Positions 1-9,619 of a stretch of 30,265 nucleotides of DNA are shown here, one piece after another. A program made the position numbers and the translations under genes. The DNA comes from a virus (Duplodnaviria > Caudoviricetes), in the IMG/VR virus record IMGVR_UViG_3300025372_000028, positions 1-30,265 of that record; one strand, 5' to 3'. A model generated the notes under the pieces. It was not told the DNA's origin and made no database searches. It saw only the letters and a program-made list of their open reading frames with translations. Positions within the stretch are counted from its first letter, which is position 1; each line of letters starts with the position of its first letter.

Positions 1-835
1 TGGCATAATTCGCCACCGACGCAGACGTAACCGTAGGGCTATCCGTCATGCTGTCGTATGTGCTACCCGCCGTCAGGGAAAAGTTGTTCGTCGTCCAGTT
101 GTTGCCATTGCCAGACGTGTCATAGCCAAGCGTGGTCGTGGATGTCGTATTGCCGAAGGTTAAGTGGAAACCGTTTGTGCCGTACGATCCTGAATAGTTG
201 ATGGGTTGCCATACGCCGTTGGTGTCGTATGCACCGAAGCTAGATGGCGTCAGGGCTTGGCCGTCGATGAAGTTTACTTCGGCGAGATAGCCGTCAAATG
301 GTAAAGAATTACCGCTATATGTGTAAGCACCAATCCCATGCAAGTATGCACCGTTATATGCAAAAGCATAACTTGAAGAGATAGTTGAGTTTGTGTCCCA
401 AGCAGTAACTTCAACACCGTTTACCCAAACACGAAACCGATTTTGTGCTGTTGCATTGGTGGTATCGGCAACAAAAACAATATGATACCAAGCGCCGACA
501 TCACGATAAACGGCTGTTGTAAGACGAAAAGTGTTAATTGTTTGATTATAAAAATTTAATTTATTGTTAGCATCAAATTCAACTTGAAAAACTTGTGATG
601 GGTTAGGACTAACGCCAGACATAGTAATAAATTGTCTTACTCCTAAAATCCCGCGTTTAACCCAAGTACTCCAAGTCCACGTTGTTTGCGATCCAGCACT
701 TGCTGGCGTCCTATTCAAATACGCACTTGCAGACGAACGAAAGCGCAGCGAATTGCCAATTGAAAACCCGCTGGACGACGCACCAAAGCCAAAGGCTTTT
801 GCGTCTAATGCTCCACGGGTTATGATGGTTGGCAT
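1..835 (-). CDS. LamG/concanavalin A-like lectin-domain tail adhesin (3' truncated by window edge; absent from ORF track)
   Basis: Hand translation from ATG at 835: MPTIITRGALDAKAFGFGASSSGFSIGNSLRFRSSASAYLNRTP...TWTWSTWVKRG...YRDVGAWYHIVFVADTT...RVWVNG...FDGYLAEVNFIDGQAL...GTNGFHLTF. These are LamG-type motifs (WxK, WYHIV, xxNG, FDGYL.EV). The frame is open to position 2. Confidence 0.85.
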   Translation of the reverse strand, partial: MPTIITRGALDAKAFGFGASSSGFSIGNSLRFRSSASAYLNRTPASAGSQTTWTWSTWVKRGILGVRQFITMSGVSPNPSQVFQVEFDANNKLNFYNQTINTFRLTTAVYRDVGAWYHIVFVADTTNATAQNRFRVWVNGVEVTAWDTNSTISSSYAFAYNGAYLHGIGAYTYSGNSLPFDGYLAEVNFIDGQALTPSSFGAYDTNGVWQPINYSGSYGTNGFHLTFGNTTSTTTLGYDTSGNGNNWTTNNFSLTAGSTYDSMTDSPTVTSASVANYA

Positions 836-842
836 GTCGGCC

Positions 843-3800
843 TCAAGCGAATTTGGTGACAGAAGCGAACACAGTATAGGCTGCGCTGCCGGTTTTCACA
901 ATCGTATAAGTGTAAATATCGGTGGAACTTGCGTCACCCGCAGTCGGGGCCGTCCCGCCCTGCCACTTAGGCGTGACGGACGTTCCATCAATTGTAAACG
1001 CCGATTGGTAATAGGCCGTCGAGCCGTTTGTCACCATGAAGGCAATCGTGATCGTCTGCCCCGTAGACATCAAGGTATTCAGCGAAGTGCCGGAACTTCC
1101 GCGGATGTTTAACGTCCAGTTAGCCGCCGCAGCCGTCGTGTAATACAAAATCGACTGGGTGGTTACGTCAAAATTGATGGTTCCGGTCGCGGCTGTCGCG
1201 CTAACCGTGGTCGTTTCAGCCGCATTAACCAATACTTCGGCTAAAACCGAAGTTGATCCGTTGAATGTTTGGGTGGCGGTGAACGTGGTGGCGGTGGCAG
1301 GAGCAACGTAATCCGTACCGGCGGTTGCCGCTGTGATTGCGGTTGTACCGGTGCCTTTAAGCACGCCAGTAAGTGTTGTAGCGCCCGTGCCGCCGCCAGA
1401 TACACCCAAAGTACCCCATGCAGGAGCAGCAGCCGACCCGCCGGTGATTAAAGCTTGTCCTGATGTTCCGAAACCCGTTGTACCTGTTGTGGCAGGAGTT
1501 GCACCAAGGTTGGTGCTGAAACCCAACGCACCCGCAGAATTCATGACGTGAGCGCTTGCGCCAGTCGAACCCCAAGGAAAATAAAGTTTGTAGCCGTTAC
1601 CAGAACCGACAGCTATATCACCGTCGTGACCTGAAAAATAAACACCATTATTGATTGAGTAAAAATCAGTCGGTGTTCCCGTGCTAAACACTGACGAGTT
1701 CATACCAAACTCGCCGTAATAGCTGCTGTCCGACCCTAAATCGTTACTCAAAACGTAGTTAGTGGACGCACCAGCCGTTGCAGATTTGTTTTGAAGAAGT
1801 GTTTGAAGATAGCTTCCCGAAACCGAAGTACCCGAAACAAAAGGTGCGTTACTGGCATTAAACGACAAAACTGGCGTTGTGCTGGTAGACGAACTTGTCG
1901 CCAAAAATGGAACCGTAACTTGTCCCGTAGTTGTGATTGATAAAGCCGTTGTAGCGCCGTTGTTGCCAACTTTAATGGCAAAACTATCGGTTGTTCCTAC
2001 ACCAGAAGTTGTTTGCAATGTGAGGGTAGAAGCTGCGCCCGTACCACCGTAAATAATTGGCGATGTTAATGACGTTGCAGACGCTACACCCAAAGTAGGT
2101 GTGACAAGCGTTGGCGATGTTGCCAAAACAACCGAACCAGAGCCAGTTGTCGCCAAATTTCCAAGCGTACCAGCGTTATTATACAGAATATAACCGCTTG
2201 TTCCGCTCGTTACTGCTGTTGTTCCAACCACAAGAGCAGTTGCAGCTGGCGCAGCCCATGTACCGTCACCACGCAAGAAATTTGATGCCGATGGTGTACC
2301 CGTAACTGGATTTGCCGCCATGTTGGTAACAGTGCTGATGACTGTGCCTGATGTTGGCAAAGTGACGTTTGTGGTACCGCTGACAGTTAAAGTGGTCGCA
2401 AACGCGCCAGATGTGGCAAAATTACCACCTAACGTGACGGTGTTTGTTCCGTTATTTACGCCTGTTCCGCCGTAAGTTGGACCAATAATTGAACCATTCC
2501 ACGTTCCGGTCGTGATCGTTCCGATGCTGGAAAGCGAGGAAAGCGTTGCAACCGCCGTGTTTACAAGCGTGCCCGATACCGGGAGCGTAACGTTTGTAGC
2601 CGCGGTCGAGGTCAAAGTTATTGAAAATGCACCGGATGTAGCAAGCGTAGAACCGTCGGCCAGCGTTAAAGTTGCACTCGTAGCAGGAGCCGTTACCGCT
2701 ACTTTATTGATGGAAGTTGCTGATGCTGCGCCAAGCGTAGGTGTGACAAGCGTTGGCGATGTCGCCAAAACAACGCTGCCCGAACCGGTCGTTGCTGCAC
2801 CGCCAAGCGTGCCAGCGTTGTTATAAAGAAAATATCCAGATGTAGTGCCGGTAACAGTTGTTGTTCCAACCGCAACGCTGGATGCAGCCAAAGCAACAGG
2901 TGCGGCCCACACGCCGTCTCCCCGCCAAAATGTTGCGTTATTGGCGTTTGTACCACTGTTCAAATTTGAGACGGGTAGATTTCCGGTAACACCTGTTGTC
3001 AGAGGTAAGCCGGTCGCGTTAGTCAGAACACCTTGCGTCGGCGTGCCGAGCGAGCCGCTATACGTCACAAAGCCGCCGGTCGCATTGGTTGCGTTACCGA
3101 GCGCCGTGGTTACGCCCGTTCCGGTGCCCGCCAAACCTGTTGAAACAGGGAGGCCCGTTACGTTTGACATGACGCCGGAAACAGGCGTTCCGAGAGCGGG
3201 TGATACTAAAGTCGGGAAGCTGGAAAGGACGTTGGAACCAGAACCGGTTGAAGTTGTTACCCCTGTACCGCCGTTAGCGACCGCAAGCGTACCAGCCAGA
3301 GTAATAGCGCCGGTCGTCGCGGTGTTGGGCGTTAAACCAGTTGTGCCGCCGCTGAACGACGTGACGCCAGATTGTGCTGCCCAAACAAACGCCGAGCCAT
3401 TCCACTGAAGATAGGTGCTAGAGGTCGTCGGGGCCGTAATAAAGGACGTTGCGCCCGATCCGGTCTGGTAGTGGATTTGGTTGGCTGCGCCACCCGCAAC
3501 GTTGGTCGCCGTGCCCACACTTAACGTGTTAGCGGCAAGATTACCCAACACACCCGCGTTATTATAAAGAAGGTATCCGGTCGTTCCAGAATTGACCGTT
3601 GTTGTGCCGACCGTAACAAGAGCGCCACCAGCTGTACCGGCTGGGCCTTGCGGGCCGGTCGGACCAATGGATGCAAGAACTTGCCAATATGTTGCGTTGG
3701 GTGGAACTTGGTTGGTTGAAGTGGTTAAGGCAATATAGGACGAGCCATTGTATTGAACAATGTCGGTCGGGAGGTAGGTCACATATTGTGACCAAGTACC

Positions 3801-3938
3801 CGCATTGAAAATCGACGACAGTACCATACTGTCCAGAATGTTATTCAGGACAGGTCCGGTGATAGCACCCGTCCCGTTCGCGATAATCTGCGAATTGATC
3901 TGGGCGAGTAACTGACTGCGCGTCTCAGATGTTGACAT
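843..3938 (-). CDS. Long modular tail fibre protein (1031 aa)
   Basis: Gly/Thr/Ser-rich. It has an N-terminal helical anchor, a CBM5/12-like module ([19 protein letters not shown]...P...YW), a short collagen-like [10 protein letters not shown], repeated YNNAGx[16 protein letters not shown] and FLRGDGTW fibre motifs, and a C-terminal beta domain with KWQGGTAPT...D. Confidence 0.85.
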   Translation of the reverse strand: MSTSETRSQLLAQINSQIIANGTGAITGPVLNNILDSMVLSSIFNAGTWSQYVTYLPTDIVQYNGSSYIALTTSTNQVPPNATYWQVLASIGPTGPQGPAGTAGGALVTVGTTTVNSGTTGYLLYNNAGVLGNLAANTLSVGTATNVAGGAANQIHYQTGSGATSFITAPTTSSTYLQWNGSAFVWAAQSGVTSFSGGTTGLTPNTATTGAITLAGTLAVANGGTGVTTSTGSGSNVLSSFPTLVSPALGTPVSGVMSNVTGLPVSTGLAGTGTGVTTALGNATNATGGFVTYSGSLGTPTQGVLTNATGLPLTTGVTGNLPVSNLNSGTNANNATFWRGDGVWAAPVALAASSVAVGTTTVTGTTSGYFLYNNAGTLGGAATTGSGSVVLATSPTLVTPTLGAASATSINKVAVTAPATSATLTLADGSTLATSGAFSITLTSTAATNVTLPVSGTLVNTAVATLSSLSSIGTITTGTWNGSIIGPTYGGTGVNNGTNTVTLGGNFATSGAFATTLTVSGTTNVTLPTSGTVISTVTNMAANPVTGTPSASNFLRGDGTWAAPAATALVVGTTAVTSGTSGYILYNNAGTLGNLATTGSGSVVLATSPTLVTPTLGVASATSLTSPIIYGGTGAASTLTLQTTSGVGTTDSFAIKVGNNGATTALSITTTGQVTVPFLATSSSTSTTPVLSFNASNAPFVSGTSVSGSYLQTLLQNKSATAGASTNYVLSNDLGSDSSYYGEFGMNSSVFSTGTPTDFYSINNGVYFSGHDGDIAVGSGNGYKLYFPWGSTGASAHVMNSAGALGFSTNLGATPATTGTTGFGTSGQALITGGSAAAPAWGTLGVSGGGTGATTLTGVLKGTGTTAITAATAGTDYVAPATATTFTATQTFNGSTSVLAEVLVNAAETTTVSATAATGTINFDVTTQSILYYTTAAAANWTLNIRGSSGTSLNTLMSTGQTITIAFMVTNGSTAYYQSAFTIDGTSVTPKWQGGTAPTAGDASSTDIYTYTIVKTGSAAYTVFASVTKFA
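2095..2774. repeat. 38-bp direct repeat inside the fibre gene (2095-2132 and 2737-2774, one mismatch)
   Basis: gtaggtgtgacaagcgttggcgatgt(t/c)gccaaaacaac occurs twice and encodes [13 protein letters not shown]. Confidence 0.85.
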
Positions 3939-3949
3939 TAACTGTCACC

Positions 3950-4564
3950 TTACGTCGTATATTGGCAGAACCAAGAGTCACCGGTTGTTGCGCCGAACAC
4001 CGAAATTGTGTCCGTCGTTACGACGTTATATGATTCGCGGAACACTGCACCGGGGGCTAAACGATAGCCGCTGGTTGAAGAAGGTGTGGCGCAACCGTAG
4101 TTGTCGTTCGGATCGTTCATGATCAAAATATACGGCGCTACCGCGTAACCGGAGCCGGGGTTATCAATCACGATGGACGTGACAACACCACCGGTCAGGA
4201 CGCAGTGGGCGGTTGCGTAATTGGATGGACCGTTCTGGTTTGGATAACCAAGACCAAGATCACGACCGTTAAGCGGATTGCCGCCACCCAAGAAGTGAAC
4301 ACTTGGGGCGTAAGTGAAACCAAAGCCGCCATTGGTTACAGTGATCGAGGAAACTTTACCGCCGGATAGAGTGGCTGTTGCGCGTGCCGAGCCGAACTCA
4401 AGAACCAAAGTGTCTGTGGTCGAAGTGTTCTGGATGACGATGGACGAGCGAGGTGCCGCGCGAGGAAGGATCAGCTGCGGCGTGCCGCCAGCTGCAATAT
4501 ACCCGTCCGCCCGATAAACAGGCGATAGGTTTTGTTGTTCGGTAAAACCAATAATACGGGCCAT
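3950..4564 (-). CDS. Virion structural protein with two Gly-rich beta repeats (204 aa)
   Basis: Small beta-rich frame carrying ATATLSGGKVSSITVTNGGFGFTYAPSV and VTSIVIDNPGSGYAVAPYI repeats. Lies in the tail region with an AAGGA RBS-like sequence upstream. Confidence 0.65.
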   Translation of the reverse strand: MARIIGFTEQQNLSPVYRADGYIAAGGTPQLILPRAAPRSSIVIQNTSTTDTLVLEFGSARATATLSGGKVSSITVTNGGFGFTYAPSVHFLGGGNPLNGRDLGLGYPNQNGPSNYATAHCVLTGGVVTSIVIDNPGSGYAVAPYILIMNDPNDNYGCATPSSTSGYRLAPGAVFRESYNVVTTDTISVFGATTGDSWFCQYTT

Positions 4565-4576
4565 AGTTCAATCCTT

Positions 4577-4987
4577 TTAAGACACCCTGATTTGTAAAAT
4601 GGAGCCATTCCGGTAAAATTGACCGACAACCACGCCGCCGGAAGCCGCCGCCGAATCGTTGGCATAAGATGTGGATGCTGCTAATGTCGAAGAGATGAAG
4701 TTGCCAACGATTACGTCAGCGACACGAATCCAAGCACCGTAAACCACACCGGCTGGCACGATAATGGTCGAGTTATTGTCTGCCGCGACCGAAGTGTAAT
4801 TCCAATAGAATATACCCTGACCGCCGTCTGCGGGGACGTTAGTCCCCTGCAAATAGGCTGTCATACCCGTTTGGCCGACAATGGTGCGTAAAACACCCGT
4901 GTTGTAGCAGCTAAACGTGTAAGCGTTCAGCTGACCAGCCGAAATGACGCCAACGCCATCTTGGGTTACGGTTGGAATAACACTCAT
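4577..4987 (-). CDS. Tailspike N-terminal-like small structural protein (136 aa)
   Basis: DGGQGIFYW...DNNSTII...GAWIR resembles the DGGgG.F.W..DdgG...G.W.R module found ahead of tailspike catalytic domains. There is no catalytic domain here. Confidence 0.6.
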   Translation of the reverse strand: MSVIPTVTQDGVGVISAGQLNAYTFSCYNTGVLRTIVGQTGMTAYLQGTNVPADGGQGIFYWNYTSVAADNNSTIIVPAGVVYGAWIRVADVIVGNFISSTLAASTSYANDSAAASGGVVVGQFYRNGSILQIRVS

Positions 4988-5313
4988 TGCTGCCTCCGGC
5001 GAACTTCAAGATACGCTACAGGGATAACAGTAAAGCAGCAATATGCGATCAGAACTTCCAAAGCCGGTAGGGTCTGCGAAGTGATCGCAAGAAGAGATAA
5101 AACGAACGCGCCAATCAGCGAAAGAAGCAGAAGGGCGCGTGCAGATAGTGCATAACCAAGGGCCGCAAAAGCCGCCACAATAACGTCAAGCGTTGAATGT
5201 TGGGGCTGGGCCGGAGCCTGTATCGGAATCTGGACTGATTCCATTGGCTTTCTTTTTGGGCTTACTTCCTCCACGTTCAGCCGTCGCACCGTTGAATTGT
5301 CGCTTGATTCCAT
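4984..5313 (-). CDS. Small membrane protein, holin candidate (109 aa from ATG 5313; alternative ATG 5244)
   Basis: Two to three hydrophobic segments (VIVAAFAALGYAL, ALLLLSLIGAFVLSLLAI, LIAYCCFTVIPVAYL) and a basic C-terminus RRRQQ. GAGGA lies upstream of 5313. The gene is two genes downstream of a lysozyme. The holin call is inference. Confidence 0.55.
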   Translation of the reverse strand: MESSDNSTVRRLNVEEVSPKRKPMESVQIPIQAPAQPQHSTLDVIVAAFAALGYALSARALLLLSLIGAFVLSLLAITSQTLPALEVLIAYCCFTVIPVAYLEVRRRQQ

Positions 5314-5521
5314 CGAACCTTGATTCCTCTTTTTGTGGCGGGCGTAGGTCTTTACGTGTCTTAGCCCAATCAACAACTGCTTCAAACGCCTTGACCTGTT
5401 CGGTCAAAGGCGCTTCCTTGGTAGGATTCCCGTCATCCATCGTAGCACCAACTCCGGCCTTTTCCAAGAGATGTGCGGCGGCAATATCTAGGGCGTCCAG
5501 AAGATCAAGCGGTTTCGTCAT
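5186..5521 (-). CDS. Hypothetical protein (111 aa)
   Basis: ATG overlaps the end of the lysozyme gene and the N-terminal part looks helical. Its 3' end overlaps the next gene. Confidence 0.65.
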   Translation of the reverse strand: MTKPLDLLDALDIAAAHLLEKAGVGATMDDGNPTKEAPLTEQVKAFEAVVDWAKTRKDLRPPQKEESRFDGIKRQFNGATAERGGSKPKKKANGISPDSDTGSGPAPTFNA

Positions 5522-6482
5522 TTTGGGTCGGTTGTTCCTGTTTAGGGGCGGCTTGTGTCTCTTTAGCGACTTTTTCTTGATAAGTCTCTTGTTGCGCTAC
5601 CGGACTTCCCGCTGCCGGAGAAGCTTGAGCTAACAACCCTTTATCGCGATTTGCTATTTTTTCCAAAGCTTTAGCGTATAACTCTGTGCGGTCAGGTGAA
5701 ATCGGTCCTTGGGGAAGCGCAACAGTTGGTTTTGTCACCGGTATTGCGGGGGTTTCAGGTGCTTTGGTTTCCGCTTTTAACGCACCAGAAAGACCTTCTT
5801 GAAGCGGATTTGTCGGTTTTTCCGGTGTAGGTGTAGGTTGAGGTTGTGGTTCTGTTTGAGCAACCCCAGGCAAAAGATTATTATAGGCCAACCGTCCAGA
5901 AACCGGAACTTGCGTGCTTGTATCAGCATTATAACCCGCCGGAACATACACTGTGTCGGTACCCATTAATTTTTCAACTGGCGGAGTGCGGGGTGCGCCG
6001 GGCACAACACCGATTGTTTGTCCGAGGTCTTGCGTTCTGGAACGCCAGTTGTTTGCCGCGTTAGCGTATTTAGGGTTTTGCGCCAGTTCGTTAATGGTTT
6101 GACTACGCAAAGCATACATCGCTGCTGGATCGCCTTTGGACTTTTCGAGCAGTTTGTAAGCTAAATTTGGGTTCGACATGATTGCGGTATCGTAACCAAT
6201 CAAGGCGGTTCTTGGATCAAGCTTTGCCCAACCGTCACCATTAATAGCTTGCCAATACGTGTAACGGATGGCTTGCGCTTCGCGGGGAGTTAAATCCATA
6301 ACGTTCACGTTTTTATGAGCGTTTTGATTGATACCAAAAGCGGTTGGGTTTCCTAAACCGTCATCAGCTGTTTTGCCGCCTTCTTGATAGGCGACATACG
6401 CATCAGCCTTTAAGAAAGCGTCCGAATAAGGTGATTTTGGGGGAGCCAAACTAGATTGAGTGACTAGGGGAGAATCAGCCAT
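5505..6482 (-). CDS. Glycoside hydrolase family 108-like lysozyme with Pro-rich C-terminal extension (325 aa)
   Basis: QEGG...DGLGNPTAFGIN...VMDLTPREAQAIRYTYW...YDTAIMS matches the GH108 pattern EGGy..D.GG.T.yGIt...v..LT.e.A..iY...YW...FD.avn. Confidence 0.75.
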   Translation of the reverse strand: MADSPLVTQSSLAPPKSPYSDAFLKADAYVAYQEGGKTADDGLGNPTAFGINQNAHKNVNVMDLTPREAQAIRYTYWQAINGDGWAKLDPRTALIGYDTAIMSNPNLAYKLLEKSKGDPAAMYALRSQTINELAQNPKYANAANNWRSRTQDLGQTIGVVPGAPRTPPVEKLMGTDTVYVPAGYNADTSTQVPVSGRLAYNNLLPGVAQTEPQPQPTPTPEKPTNPLQEGLSGALKAETKAPETPAIPVTKPTVALPQGPISPDRTELYAKALEKIANRDKGLLAQASPAAGSPVAQQETYQEKVAKETQAAPKQEQPTQNDETA

Positions 6483-6484
6483 TA

Positions 6485-9400
6485 TTATTCTCCATGTCCG
6501 GTATTTCCGGTGCCGCCAAAGAGTTTATACGCACCATAACCACCAATACCACTAATTGCCAGATTACCGAGCAATCGAGTCCCAATAAAATACCGCACAT
6601 CTTGAGCAAATTTCAAACGGTTTTCGGTACGTTCAAGATCGCCAACTGCTTTTGAAAGACGGTAAGAAGTTTCTTCATACATTTCATCAGTTATCAATTC
6701 AGGAAATTCATTCCTTAATTGTTCAAACGTTTGTTTTGTCAAATTACCCAATTCTTTAGGTGACAATTCAGGGTCATTTAAATCTGTATACAATTTATTT
6801 AATTTACGTTGGGCTTTTCCAAGTTTAGCAACTTCAGCTGTTTTTTCTTCGACTGTTTGACGCAAAGGCGCAGCTTTTTCTTTTGTAATTGCTGCTTCTT
6901 CTCCGGCGCGTTTGGCGACTTCCGTTGCTTTTGATATTGCGCCTTTTTCTAGTCTTTCTTGACCAGCAGCAAGATCGTAAGCTTTTGTTGCGCCACTTTT
7001 CGCTTTTGAAATATCCGAAATTTGTTTTTCAACAAACTGGCGTTCGCGAGCCATTTGGCTGTATTCGTCATACAGACCTAGGTCTTTTAAAGCTTTTTCG
7101 TTGTCCGCAACCTTTTTCACCATGGCTTCGCCAGTAACGGCTTTGGTCTCTGGCGAGCCAAAAATCAAATCGTTAAAATAGGCTTTGGCCGCATCTTTCA
7201 ATTTTGGGTTGGCTTGAGCCGCTTCAGCTAGACCTTCTTTACCGGCATTAGCCAATGATACAATTTGTTCCATAGCGTCTTTCGGCGCTATCGTAAATTT
7301 TGGTTTTTTACCCGCAGCCATATCTTCCGCTGTTAAATCACCAAACTCTGTTTCGGTAATATCCCCAAACAAATTGCCTTTTCTGTACACGTCTTTTGCT
7401 TCTGCCAATTGAGCATATTTTTGACGTGCAGCTTCATATCCTGCAATTTCATTTTGGATTGCTCCGCGTGCAGCATCCGCAACTTTCAATAATTCTACGG
7501 CACGTTGGCCACCCGTTTTTTGAGCGGTACCCGCCATACCGATCAAACCGCTGCTGGCGGAATCGCCCATAACGCGTTGCACACTATCCATCAATTCAGG
7601 CGTAACAAAATATTCGGCGCGCTTACCTTCACCGACTTTACGTGCGCCAAGTTTTGTATCGGTCAAATTGTCTTTGGCTCTACGCAAAGCCGTCTTAAGC
7701 ACTTCGTCTGCCGTTGTTGGCAGCGTGGCGTCAATCAAAGCAATTACGTCGTTAGCCGGGATATTTTTTTCCTTATTATTTTTAAAAATATCCGCCAAAC
7801 CTGAATCGGTTCTAAGCGTTTCTTGTATTTCTTTCCGTTTTGGTAAAAGTTCTTCTTGGAACGTTTGACCGCTCTTGACACCGCTATCTCTTTCAGCAGC
7901 CGCTTGTTCTTGGCGATTGATAACCGTATCAACCGTCTCGTTTGCTTTAGTTGAAAGCGTTTCAAGATTTTCTCTAAGCTGCAACCTGTTTTCTGGCGAC
8001 AAATCAGTCGGCAGCATACCAAAAATAGATTCTTCAGTGCCTTTTACGACACCGTGTTGAAGCTCACTTAATTCTTGATCGATGCGTTGTAGCTTGGCAA
8101 ACTGATCGGCAAGTTGTTCTTGACGCTGTGGATTCTTTCTTATGGTTTCCGTTTTTAGACGATCAACATTTGCTAATGCAGTTTCTGATTCATTTTTCAG
8201 ACGGTCGTAAACTGCACGCTGTTTTTCTGACAATTTATCGAGCGGAATAACTTGACCTTCATCTCGTGGCGCACGGCCAGCAAGGCGGTCTTTAACACTG
8301 TTTTGCACTTGCTCAAATGCTTTTGCTTGAGTTTCAAGTGGCTCAACTCGAAACTGAGAAGCGGTTTTTTCAGCTAAAGCTTCTGTTTGTTCTTTCTTTT
8401 TTGTGGCTTTACCACCTTCAATAATTTTATTAACTTCCTCTTTTTGAAAATCTATAATTTTTTGAGCTTGTTCAACAGCAGCTTTTTGTTCAGACAGGTC
8501 CATCGAGGACCAAGCTTTTTCAAAAGTCCCAGGAACCGCACCTAATGCGCCAACAGCGGCACCAAAAAATGGTCCAGTTTTAAGACCGTAAACAAAATCG
8601 TTCCAACGCGCATCGGCACGTTGTTTTTTTGTAACTTCTGACCGCGGCGCGGTGAACCCACCAAATGCACCAATTGCCGTGCCAGTGATGGCACCTTTTC
8701 CAATTTCTTTTCCGGCGTATACCCCACCCTCTTTAAAACCTTTAAGAGCCAATTCCGTCTTACTTAGGTTTTGGGTGGCCGCTGCTGCTTCTTCAGCGCC
8801 AAGCACACCTTCAGCAGCTTCGGCTGCTTTTGGTGTTTTACCGTAAAGAAAACGATAACCTTTTTTAACGCTCTCAGGGATCATATCCCCAACAGTGTTT
8901 GAAATTGCTTTGCCAGTTTGCGCTATTTTTGGAGCAAGATATTCACCGATTTGAGTTGCGTATTTCCCAACCAAAGGTGCATTTTCAACAGCCTCCCCAG
9001 CAAGACCTATACCCCTGCTGGCCAGACCTAAAGCTTCTCCACCAAGTACGTAAGGTGCTACTTCGCCAATTGTGCCAATTGCAGGACTTGTCGCATTTTT
9101 AACATATTCATCTAAACTTTGTTGTGTTTTAGCAAGTTCTCGCTCGTAATCGCTGGCGCCAAATAAACTTGCCCCGGCTTGTTCCCATCCAGTAATGGTT
9201 TTTCCAGCCCCCGCTAGAGCTGCCGGTATGTTTCTTTTTAAATTTTCTTCCATTTTTTGTGGAGTAACAGCTGCCCGCCGTGCAGAGAAATCTTTAATAA
9301 AATTTCCCATGTCTCCTTTGGCTGACGGTTTAGCTTTGCTTTGAACATGACCGTCCGCAATACGGTATTCAAAATTTTCAGGATCGTACGGTTTACCCGC

Positions 9401-9619
9401 TGCGGCCAATAACCCCGGAATACTTTTTTCTTCAGCAACCGTTTGACTAACCGTTGGTTTACGAGGTGTGCTAGGCGGTAAAGCAATATCCGGCACCCCT
9501 TCCAGTTTAGGAAGTGGTGGTAGAGCAATATCCGGCGCCCCTTCCGGTTTAGGAAGTGGCGGTAAAGCGATAGAATTTGTTTTGTTAGGGAGTGGCGGTA
9601 AATCTATTTCATTAGCCAT
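6485..9619 (-). CDS. Large internal virion/DNA-ejection protein (about 1044 aa)
   Basis: Helical, Ala/Lys/Glu-rich with Gly-rich hydrophobic patches (GAITGTAIGAFGGF, GPFFGAAVGALGAV) and a hydrophobic C-terminus. It follows the nozzle and GNAT genes and is coupled to the upstream gene by a TGATG overlap. Confidence 0.7.
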   Translation of the reverse strand: MANEIDLPPLPNKTNSIALPPLPKPEGAPDIALPPLPKLEGVPDIALPPSTPRKPTVSQTVAEEKSIPGLLAAAGKPYDPENFEYRIADGHVQSKAKPSAKGDMGNFIKDFSARRAAVTPQKMEENLKRNIPAALAGAGKTITGWEQAGASLFGASDYERELAKTQQSLDEYVKNATSPAIGTIGEVAPYVLGGEALGLASRGIGLAGEAVENAPLVGKYATQIGEYLAPKIAQTGKAISNTVGDMIPESVKKGYRFLYGKTPKAAEAAEGVLGAEEAAAATQNLSKTELALKGFKEGGVYAGKEIGKGAITGTAIGAFGGFTAPRSEVTKKQRADARWNDFVYGLKTGPFFGAAVGALGAVPGTFEKAWSSMDLSEQKAAVEQAQKIIDFQKEEVNKIIEGGKATKKKEQTEALAEKTASQFRVEPLETQAKAFEQVQNSVKDRLAGRAPRDEGQVIPLDKLSEKQRAVYDRLKNESETALANVDRLKTETIRKNPQRQEQLADQFAKLQRIDQELSELQHGVVKGTEESIFGMLPTDLSPENRLQLRENLETLSTKANETVDTVINRQEQAAAERDSGVKSGQTFQEELLPKRKEIQETLRTDSGLADIFKNNKEKNIPANDVIALIDATLPTTADEVLKTALRRAKDNLTDTKLGARKVGEGKRAEYFVTPELMDSVQRVMGDSASSGLIGMAGTAQKTGGQRAVELLKVADAARGAIQNEIAGYEAARQKYAQLAEAKDVYRKGNLFGDITETEFGDLTAEDMAAGKKPKFTIAPKDAMEQIVSLANAGKEGLAEAAQANPKLKDAAKAYFNDLIFGSPETKAVTGEAMVKKVADNEKALKDLGLYDEYSQMARERQFVEKQISDISKAKSGATKAYDLAAGQERLEKGAISKATEVAKRAGEEAAITKEKAAPLRQTVEEKTAEVAKLGKAQRKLNKLYTDLNDPELSPKELGNLTKQTFEQLRNEFPELITDEMYEETSYRLSKAVGDLERTENRLKFAQDVRYFIGTRLLGNLAISGIGGYGAYKLFGGTGNTGHGE
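9474..9607. repeat. Imperfect 42/36-bp tandem repeat encoding (D/S)IALPPLP units
   Basis: ggcggtaaagc-type units start at 9474, 9516, 9558 and 9594. Protein: IDLPPLP, IALPPLP, IALPPLP, IALPPST. Confidence 0.85.

Noticed and set aside
753-3795. Several alternative-frame and antisense ORFs over the fibre gene
   Set aside because: They overlap a well-supported CDS, and their Val/Pro-rich products mirror its Thr/Gly codons.
1-3938. Diversity-generating retroelement acting on the fibre or adhesin
   Set aside because: No reverse transcriptase and no template/variable repeat pair with adenine-specific mismatches in the window. The 38-bp repeat is an ordinary internal duplication.
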